Shown: piece by piece, positions 8,433 through 16,314 of the stretch
How the letters are laid out: every line of letters begins with the position of its first letter
Numbering within the stretch: position 1 is the first letter of the stretch
Assembly: GCA_963759805.1 (NCBI GenBank)
Contig: CAVXAT010000001.1
Location: 256,001 to 320,000, forward strand
Source: an uncultured bacterium
GTDB taxonomy: Bacteria; Babelota; Babeliae; Babelales; RVW-14
Length of the DNA stretch: 64,000 nucleotides
Reading direction: 5' to 3'
Made by a program: the position numbers and the translations under genes
Notes under the pieces: model-generated
Seen by the model: only the letters and a program-made list of their open reading frames with translations
Database searches by the model: none
What the model was told of the DNA's origin: nothing

Positions 8433-10091
8433 ATGGATTTTGTAAGTAAGTGGAGAGAGCGCTTAGGTTGTAGTGGATATTTTAAGATTTTGATATTTGG
8501 CTTAGGGTTTACGTGTTTAAATAACGCTTATGCAATGCAAGGTGGGCATGGAATTCAAGATGCGAAGTGGTTACAGGATTTAGCTAAGGAAATGGAGAGA
8601 GCGGGAGAGAATTTTGCCAGGGAGAGAGAGGATCACAAGCGAGAGAATGCACATCAAGAAGAATGGTTAGTTGATGAGATACGAAATTTGAAAGCGAATG
8701 GTGTTGACGATAGTGATCCACGAATAAAGCAGGCAGAGAGAAGAATCGGAGAATTAGCTCAGGAAAAACAGACGCAAGATAAGATTGGTGATTTCGGGCT
8801 AGATGTTGTAAAGGGAGTTTGGGGCGCTGTTTTGGGGGATTATAACAAAGAGCAACGTATTGAAGAGGTGCAGAGAAAAGCATTGGCGGATGGTTTTATG
8901 AATAATAAAGGAGCAAGAGAGCGCCTGCAAGCGCTTATGGACCGGATGAAGGATCCAGAGCAGTTATTAAAGTTTGCTATTTTTGCTGCCGGTGTAACAC
9001 TCGGCGTTGTTGGTGTTTATTACGTGGTCAAATTATTTTATCAGTATGTTGAAGCCAGAATGGGCAAACCAAATCTTGTTAGAGAGTCTTCAATTCATGG
9101 ATTTAAACAGGCATTGAAGAAATTCGTGATTTCGATTTTCAGCGGCGAACAGGATCTTGAAGCTGTTCTGAGTGATATTATTTTATCACCTGACATTCAG
9201 GAGAAAGTTTACTTGTTGGCAGATGACACGAAGAACACAAAAGAGTTTAATTTGCCATACCAAAACGTTTTATTTTACGGTCCTCCGGGAACAGGTAAAA
9301 CAGAGTTTGCAAAAATTCTTTCAAGATATTCAGATATGGATTATGCAGTACTTTCGGGCGCCGATTTTAGTCAGTTTAAAAACGGAGAAGGCATTACAGA
9401 GTTGCATAAGTTATTTGAATGGGCAAATAAGAGTAAGCGCGGTTTGATTATTTTTATAGATGAGGCGGATGCCTGTTTTAGAGATCGTGCAACGCTTGAT
9501 AAGGATGGTGTCAATCTTGTTAACGCTTTCTTGTCTCATACGGGATCAAGCTCTGATAAATTTATGATTATTCTTGCTACAAATTATGAAAATGAGCTTG
9601 ATGCAGCGGTTAGAAGCCGTATTCACAAAAAGGTTCCATTCCTATTACCGGCACTTGAAGAACGCTTTAAAATTTTTAAGTTAAAACTTACAAAGTATGT
9701 TCTTAACGATAAGCGTGCTTATTACAAAGAGGGTGTTTGGGTTGAAGAACATCTTGAAGTTGAGGCTGCAGTGGATGATGCATTCTGGAGAGAGATCTCT
9801 ACGCGAACTGAAGGCTTTTCTGGCCGTGACATAGACCAAGCGATTGGTGAAATTAGATTGCGTGCGTATCGTTCAGGCGCTAATCTTGTGACAAAAGAGA
9901 TTGTCGAAACCGTTATTAAAGATAAAATTGCTCAGATAAAGAAAGATAAAGAGTCAACAGAGTATCAAAAGCAGAAGTTTGAGCATATGTTTAATATTCA
10001 TAAGAATGATGAATATGTTCTTGATAGCGTTAAAGGCGAACCTGCTAAATTAGTCCGTGTATCTGATTTGCCAGCTGATGCTCTTGCTTAA
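8433..10091 (+). CDS. AAA+ ATPase, ATAD3-like, with signal peptide, coiled coil and TM segment
   Basis: [15 protein letters not shown], ILATN and EGFSGRDI motifs; pre-AAA segment [16 protein letters not shown]. Alternative start at 8412. Confidence 0.88.
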   Translation: [552 protein letters not shown]

Positions 10092-10102
10092 GAAAGAACG
10101 AA

Positions 10103-10165
10103 AGTTGGTTTGTTAGTTTTAAATTAATTTGCACCGGCGGAAGTAATAAAATCCGCCGGTTTTTT
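10103..10165 (+). terminator. 3' element/terminator, copy 3
   Basis: TTTTAAATTAATTTGC then stem ACCGGCGGA/TCCGCCGGT and a T tract. Confidence 0.8.
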
Positions 10166-10175
10166 ACACTTTATA

Positions 10176-10222
10176 CCGCTCGTCCTGAGTGATTTGCGTA
10201 GCAAATCGTATCGAAGGATGCG
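10176..10222. repeat. REP-like palindrome, left arm of a 47-bp inverted repeat around the GIY-YIG gene
   Basis: CCGCTCGTCCTGAGTGATTTGCGTAGCAAATCGTATCGAAGGATGCG; exact reverse complement at 10599-10645. Confidence 0.95.
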
Positions 10223-10296
10223 AGTTGTCACTCAGCATGAGCGGAATCGTATCGACGGATGAAGCGGCGTCAACGCAGTGCACTGATGGGAGAGAT

Positions 10297-10590
10297 ATGG
10301 AATATTTTTATGTCTATATTTTAAAATGCAGCGATGGATCTTACTATACTGGGCACACCGACAACATTGAAGCACGTATATCTCAGCATCAACAAGGCTT
10401 GATAAAAAGTTGTTATACTGCAACCCGGTTACCGGTAATTGTTGTTTTTGTTCAAACATTTGGAAGCAGGAATGAAGCATTTATTGCTGAACGCAAAATA
10501 AAGGGTTGGTCGAAATCCAAAAAAGAGGCTTTAATAAGGGGGGATTGGGGATTGATTTCATTTTTATCAAAAAAAATATTTTTAAAATAA
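10297..10590 (+). CDS. GIY-YIG nuclease (UPF0213/YhbQ-like)
   Basis: FYVYILKCSDGSYYTGHT, RISQH and AERKIKGWSKSKKEALI; ATG 10297 follows GGGAGAG. Confidence 0.92.
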   Translation: MEYFYVYILKCSDGSYYTGHTDNIEARISQHQQGLIKSCYTATRLPVIVVFVQTFGSRNEAFIAERKIKGWSKSKKEALIRGDWGLISFLSKKIFLK

Positions 10591-10598
10591 ATGTTGGC

Positions 10599-10645
10599 CG
10601 CATCCTTCGATACGATTTGCTACGCAAATCACTCAGGACGAGCGG
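10599..10645. repeat. REP-like palindrome, right arm
   Basis: Perfect reverse complement of 10176-10222. Confidence 0.95.
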
Positions 10646-10779
10646 CCAGTGATGGTATGTCGGGATGGGTAGTCAAAAAATTTGCGAATTCCAGGTTGGT
10701 GCAAATCCCAGATTAGGTGGAAAAAATCTATGTCTGACTGTTATAACGAACGTGCACGCTTAGGGCTTTTAAAAAAATT

Positions 10780-10800
10780 AGGGCCGCAACTCGCGGCCCT
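10780..10800 (-). terminator. dnaK intrinsic terminator
   Basis: AGGGCCGC-AACTC-GCGGCCCT hairpin flanked by A/T tracts. Confidence 0.75.
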
Positions 10801-10840
10801 TTGAAACGATTACTTCAGAATATTTATTTTCTTAGTTTGC

Positions 10841-12772
10841 TTACTTCTTTTCTTCGAAGTCTGTGTCGATTGGTTTGTCATTTGGGTTACTGTTCTCGCC
10901 GGATTTATTGTCATCGGTGCTTTGGTTACCGGAAGTTTGTTGCCCTTCGGGGCCAGCCTGTTGCTGCTTCTCTTTGTATAAAATTTCGGCAATTTTGTAC
11001 GATGCTTGAATCAGATCATCAGCTGCTTTTGCAAGTGCTTGTGCATCATTCTCATTTTCTTTAAGCGCTTTTTTAGCAGTTTCAATTGCAGCTTCGACAC
11101 TGTTTACTTCAGCGATTGGAAGTTTGTCTTTGTTCTCTTTGATTGTCTTTTCGATCTGCATGATTGTACTGTCCAGATGATTGCGCTTGTCGACAACTTC
11201 GCGTTGTTTTTTGTCATCTTCCGCATGTAGTTGTGATTCTTTTACCAGCTTATCAATCTCTTCTTTGGAAAGACCTGAGGATGATGTTATTGTGATGTTT
11301 TGTTCCTTGCCGGTTCCAATATCTTTTGCCGATACGTGAACTATACCATTTGCATCGATGTCGAATGTTACTTCGATTTGTGGCATGCCGCGTGGGGCTG
11401 AAGGGATTCCATCTAATCTGAATCTACCTAGCGTTTTATTATCTTTGGCAAATTCTCTTTCGCCTTGTAGAACATGGATGTCAACAGCAGTTTGATTATC
11501 TTCAGCTGTTGAGAAAGTTTGTGATTTTTTTGTTGGAATAGTAGTGTTACGTTCAATGATTTTTGTTGATACGCCGCCCATTGTTTCAATACCAAGTGAG
11601 AGGGGGGTTACATCGAGCAACAGCACGTCCGTTACATCTCCGCCCAGAACGCCGCCTTGAATTGCAGCTCCGACAGAGACAACTTCATCGGGGTTTACAG
11701 ATTTATTTGGCTCTTTGCTAAAGAAATCTTTAATCATAGATTGTACTTTGGGGATTCGGGTTGAACCACCAACCAATATTACCTCTTGAATTTCTTTGGT
11801 TGTAAGCCCTGCGTCAGCGAGTGCCTTTTTGCATGGTTCGAAGAGCTTGTTGAAAATATCTTGGCAAAGATTTTCAAATTTTGCTCTGGACAATTTGAGT
11901 GTCAAATGTTTTGGGCCGGTTGCATCTGCGGTGATATATGGAAGATTGATTTCAGTTTCAGTTGTAGAAGATAGCTCGATTTTGGCTTTTTCGGCAGCCT
12001 CTTTTAGTCGTTGTAGTGCAAGTTTGTCTTTTTTTAAATCGATACCATTTTCTTTTTTAAATTCATCTACTAAGAAATTTATAATTTTTTCATCGATATT
12101 GTCACCACCGAGCATTGTGTCGCCATTTGTGGATTTAACTTCGACTACTCCATCGCCAACTTCTAATACTGATATATCAAATGTTCCTCCACCGAAGTCA
12201 AAAACTGCAATTGTTTCGTTTGTTTTTTTATCCATCCCGTAGGCGAGTGCTGCGGCAGTTGGTTCGTTGATGATTCGTTTTACGTCTAGGCCCGCGATTT
12301 TACCGGCATCTTTGGTCGCTTGACGTTGTGCGTCATTGAAGTATGCGGGAACGGTGATAACTGCAGAGACAATTTTTTCGCCCAGATAATCCTCGGCCGC
12401 TTGTTTTAATTTCTGCAGAACGGCTGAAGATATTTCTTGTGGTGAAAGCTGCTTGCCTTGAATTTCGATTGCAACGTCGCCATTACTGGCTTCAACCATC
12501 TTATATGGGACAAGATGCTTTTCCTCGCTGGTTAAACTTGAAAATTTGCGGCCAATGAATCTTTTGGCAGAATAAATTGTGTTTTCTGGGTTTGTTATTG
12601 CTTGACGCTTTGCAATTGCGCCGACTAAACGTTGTCCGTCTTTTGTGAATGCAACGATGGATGGGGTTGTGTTGGCACCCTCCTGGTTTGGGATGACTTT
12701 GAAAGTTCCCGCTTCCATTACTGATACAACCGAGTTAGTTGTACCTAGATCTATTCCTATAATTTTTGCCAT
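10841..12772 (-). CDS. dnaK: Chaperone DnaK (Hsp70)
   Basis: [19 protein letters not shown] and [15 protein letters not shown]; full length. Confidence 0.99.
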   Translation of the reverse strand: MAKIIGIDLGTTNSVVSVMEAGTFKVIPNQEGANTTPSIVAFTKDGQRLVGAIAKRQAITNPENTIYSAKRFIGRKFSSLTSEEKHLVPYKMVEASNGDVAIEIQGKQLSPQEISSAVLQKLKQAAEDYLGEKIVSAVITVPAYFNDAQRQATKDAGKIAGLDVKRIINEPTAAALAYGMDKKTNETIAVFDFGGGTFDISVLEVGDGVVEVKSTNGDTMLGGDNIDEKIINFLVDEFKKENGIDLKKDKLALQRLKEAAEKAKIELSSTTETEINLPYITADATGPKHLTLKLSRAKFENLCQDIFNKLFEPCKKALADAGLTTKEIQEVILVGGSTRIPKVQSMIKDFFSKEPNKSVNPDEVVSVGAAIQGGVLGGDVTDVLLLDVTPLSLGIETMGGVSTKIIERNTTIPTKKSQTFSTAEDNQTAVDIHVLQGEREFAKDNKTLGRFRLDGIPSAPRGMPQIEVTFDIDANGIVHVSAKDIGTGKEQNITITSSSGLSKEEIDKLVKESQLHAEDDKKQREVVDKRNHLDSTIMQIEKTIKENKDKLPIAEVNSVEAAIETAKKALKENENDAQALAKAADDLIQASYKIAEILYKEKQQQAGPEGQQTSGNQSTDDNKSGENSNPNDKPIDTDFEEKK

Positions 12773-12866
12773 TTGTTTATCCTTATTTAATCAAGATTCA
12801 ATCAAGATTTTAGTTTTAAATCTAATAAATTCTCATGTCTATGTCTTATTTTTTCATACTAAGCTT

Positions 12867-12895
12867 ATTTTAGTCACTTAATGAAGGTAAGTCAA
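12867..12895 (-). promoter_or_regulatory. Sigma70-type promoter of dnaK
   Basis: Minus strand TTGACT-17 bp-TAAAAT. Confidence 0.7.
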
Positions 12896-13305
12896 GTAAA
12901 ATATTAGAAAATCTTAGCGTAACACACTAAGATTTTTGGTCCGGTTTGGGTGGGGGGCATGTCAATGTCGTGTAAATAAATATTATGTAAAAGAAGGGGG
13001 TGCGCCCAGGCTGGCAGGTGAGTGCGACGAGCACTTTTTGCGATTTGCGCGATTCGGCACTCCGTCTCACCCCGCCAGCCAATTACATGGGGGCTTGGGG
13101 GGATTTACGTGGGCATTTTTCGTGGGGGAAATTACGGGGGTATTTTGTGGGGATTTTCGTGGGTGTTTTTATGAGGCTGGTGGGGTTCGCCTCCGTGCGA
13201 ATGCGTGGGATAAACCATGGGGGAATATTAATGTGTAATATTTATATTGGAGGAGTGGGTATGAGGGTAAGTGAGTATGAGCATATAGGAATATTATTGA
13301 TCCAT

Positions 13306-13392
13306 GGATCCTGAATCAAGTTCCCGGCCTTCGCACAAGGCTACGGCGGACGCAGCAGGATGACAAAACTCAGGATGACAAAACTGAGGATG
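13306..13392. repeat. Nested REP-like palindromes plus 15-bp tandem repeats
   Basis: GGATCCTGAATCAAGTTC[CCGGCCTTCGCACAAGGCTACGGCGGACGCAGC]AGGATGAC followed by CAGGATGACAAAACT repeats. Confidence 0.8.
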
Positions 13393-13856
13393 GGATATTT
13401 ATATTCAGGATACATGATAAATGACAACAATAGCTGTACATGTGTTATATCAAGATAAAGACAATAAGCTGTGCATGCGTTCTACATACATACGTTCTAA
13501 TTGCATTAGAGGGAGGGTGCAGACATAACTAAAAAAGGAGCGTGCTAGATGGTGCGTAGATTGAGCTAGGTTGCGTACACATTTATATATATGCATGTGC
13601 ATGTATATACACGCGCGCGTATATATTACCAATCGCACGATAACATGTAAAACTTAGGCTTAAAAACCCCAAACGATCTTAATTAATAAATTAAACTTAT
13701 CAAAACTAAATTAACTCAAAAGTTTCAAATTAAAATTTTTAATGGTTGCTGAAAAACTTAAATACAGAGAACACCAAAAAAGGGAAAAGCGCGACGTTGT
13801 AAAAAAAGGCGTATATTTTTTTTGCACTTAATTGTGTTGAGGATTATTTGGGATAT

Positions 13857-15254
13857 TTAAAGTATAAAAAAAGCGAGTAATGCAATCGCTATTGATAATA
13901 CTAAGTAACGTGGGTTTGCATGAAATTTAGGTTTAATCTTCCATATGGAGTAAGCGTTTATTGATACCATGGCAAAGCTTAGCATCTTTATACTTATAAT
14001 TCCAAGTAAGATCGTTGAAAGTGTCTGACAGTGTTTTGAATAACTAATGAAAATATAGAAAATTGTGAACTCTAAGGCTTTGTAGCAAAAAAGCCTAAAA
14101 GACTTCTCTTCCATGACGTAAAATTGCTCATAAAGTGATGTTACAAAATCTATTATTTGAATAGTTAAGAAAAGTAGGGCCAATCCTATTGTTGCGGTGC
14201 TTAAATTTGAACAGTTAGCATAACGAAGTATTTTGGAGTGGTTTATAAAGAGAATAATTATAAGTGGACCAAGCAGTGTTGAAAGCTTTCGAGTTATTAG
14301 CTCAAATGCATGTTGTTTTTCATGCGGGGAGCTATTTTTTAGATTGGCAAGAATAGCATTACCCAGATATCCAACTGAAATTTTAAACATTGATTGAATG
14401 AAGTGTGCAATGACGGCAGCCAGATAAAAAAGTCCTGCATACTCAAACCCAAACTTTAAAGCGAAAAATGGTGTAAGGAAGTTTGATGTGAAAACTTCGC
14501 GACTTAGACGTAGAAGATAATTAAAAACTTTTGCATTAATAATTCTGTTTTTAATCTTAACCGGCAAGCTTACCTCTGCTGAGGGAAGGTTTTTATATAT
14601 CTTATAAAATAAAGAAGAAAATATGATTGTTACCATTAATGAATCAACTATATGAAAAACTAATATACTTTTTAAAGTAATAGGTAAATTAAATAGAATA
14701 TATGGAATCCAGATCAAAGTTAAATAAAATAAAAATGAAGCCACATCAATAAAAACGGTCTTTTTGCACTCAAGGCTTGTGTAGAGAAAAAGACGTAAAA
14801 ATGATCTGATTGATTCGAGTACAATGGTCGATAATATTGCAATAAGTGTTAAAGTATCGATACTTGGAGCTCTATAAAACACTAAAAATATGGAGGCAGT
14901 TACTGCTGTTAATAAAAGCAGTGGAATATGGGGCAATAAATAAAATCTAAAAAGAAGACGCTTAAAGTTTTGCTTGCTTTTAATAAATAGATGAAAGAAT
15001 GGAAGAATTGAAGTGCTGGCTCCAAAGTCTGCAAACTTTGTTACAAGATAGATAAATGATAAAGTGCTTGCAATAAGCCCGTACTCTCTAGGCATTAAGT
15101 AATAAGTTAAAAGTATATTATGGACTGTTTTAGAAGTTTCATAAATGATGCTTCCCGTGACAGCCCAGCGGAAACCCTTGTGGAATCGTGCTTCAAGCAA
15201 ATTTAATTCATTGGGGGAGGGAAAGTATTCTATATTTTTATGAGTCATAAACAA
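13857..15254 (-). CDS. Polytopic membrane protein, probably polysaccharide flippase (Wzx-like, MOP superfamily)
   Basis: About 12 TM segments; N-terminal LMPREYGLIA...FADFG resembles Polysacc_synt proteins. Confidence 0.6.
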   Translation of the reverse strand: MFMTHKNIEYFPSPNELNLLEARFHKGFRWAVTGSIIYETSKTVHNILLTYYLMPREYGLIASTLSFIYLVTKFADFGASTSILPFFHLFIKSKQNFKRLLFRFYLLPHIPLLLLTAVTASIFLVFYRAPSIDTLTLIAILSTIVLESIRSFLRLFLYTSLECKKTVFIDVASFLFYLTLIWIPYILFNLPITLKSILVFHIVDSLMVTIIFSSLFYKIYKNLPSAEVSLPVKIKNRIINAKVFNYLLRLSREVFTSNFLTPFFALKFGFEYAGLFYLAAVIAHFIQSMFKISVGYLGNAILANLKNSSPHEKQHAFELITRKLSTLLGPLIIILFINHSKILRYANCSNLSTATIGLALLFLTIQIIDFVTSLYEQFYVMEEKSFRLFCYKALEFTIFYIFISYSKHCQTLSTILLGIISIKMLSFAMVSINAYSIWKIKPKFHANPRYLVLSIAIALLAFFIL

Positions 15255-15258
15255 CCTT

Positions 15259-15315
15259 CTTGTCCGTCGACTTGTCCTCCGACCTGTCCGTCGTAGCTCG
15301 GAGAGCGAAGTCGGA
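15259..15315. repeat. REP-like palindrome with partial duplicated copies
   Basis: CTTGTCCGTCGA CTTGTCCTCCGA CCTGTCCGTCGTAGCTCGGAGAGCGAAGTCGGA; same family as 48185-48212. Confidence 0.75.
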
Positions 15316-15739
15316 AAAAATCCTTTTCAGTCAAATTACTATAACAAGGCTTTTGCGTTTTGTAAGCGCTTTATTGATAAAAATACTAAATACTTAATTT
15401 TAGTGTTGATTTTATGTATTTTAAATATGGTGCAATTAAATGAGGGTTAGGGGGGAAGGATTTGGGGGTTGCGCATTGGGATAATAAACAGCGCAACCTC
15501 TATTTCTTTTCTTTGGATTTCTTCAAAAGTCCTAAGGGGGAATAAACGGAAGTACCATAAGATGTATGTTTGCTATTAGAAATTGAAACACATGTTATTA
15601 CATTTACTTTTCTATGCAGCTTGTAAGATAATTATTTTTTCTGTTATAATCATTTTATCTGTGGTCTGTGATTTACGTGTGGCGGGGAAAGTTTTCAGCA
15701 GACAAGAGTTTGTCGGAGACAATAGTCTGAGGGAATATC

Positions 15740-16297
15740 ATGTTTGAGCCCAATGATAAGGTTATTTATCCAGGACATGGCGTTGCAAATGTTGATGGTG
15801 TTATCGAGAAAAACGTTGCTGGTTCAAGTGTAAAATTTATTAAACTCTCTTTCATATATAAGGATATGACCATTTTGGTTCCAGTTTATAATGCTGATTC
15901 TATTGGTCTACGATATATTAGTTCGCAAACAACCATCGATCAGGCATTAAAAGAACTCAAGAAGGAACCGGAGAAGAAGTTTGAGGGGATTGATTTTACT
16001 CCCAGCGGTTGGAATAGAAGGAATAAGGATTATCAGCTGAAAATTCAAGGAGGAAAACTTCTTGATGTTATCAGAATATATCGCGATTTGATGTATATTG
16101 CTCAACAAAAAGAGTTGTCATTCGGCGAAAGAATGCTCTTACAATCAATAGAAGATCTTTTAGCCCAGGAAATTCAATCCGGAAGAAACATTTGTCGCGA
16201 AGAGGTTATCCAAGAATTACGTTGTCACTTCAAGCAGTTATTGAATGTTCCGACATACTCAAAACTTAATGTAAAAAATGGTGTTCAGGCTGCTTAA
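15740..16297 (+). CDS. carD: CarD family transcription regulator
   Basis: FEPNDKVIYPGHGVANV, IGLRYIS and WNRR motifs. Confidence 0.9.
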   Translation: MFEPNDKVIYPGHGVANVDGVIEKNVAGSSVKFIKLSFIYKDMTILVPVYNADSIGLRYISSQTTIDQALKELKKEPEKKFEGIDFTPSGWNRRNKDYQLKIQGGKLLDVIRIYRDLMYIAQQKELSFGERMLLQSIEDLLAQEIQSGRNICREEVIQELRCHFKQLLNVPTYSKLNVKNGVQAA

Positions 16298-16314
16298 AAT
16301 ATTGCAGGCTATGC

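Noticed and set aside
10189..10296. N-terminal extension of the GIY-YIG ORF
   Set aside because: It is a translation of the palindromic repeat; ATG 10297 has an RBS and gives the normal family length.
12936..13638. ORFs 12936-13238, 13000-13314 and 13450-13638
   Set aside because: Low-complexity translations of G-rich or alternating tracts with no recognisable motifs.
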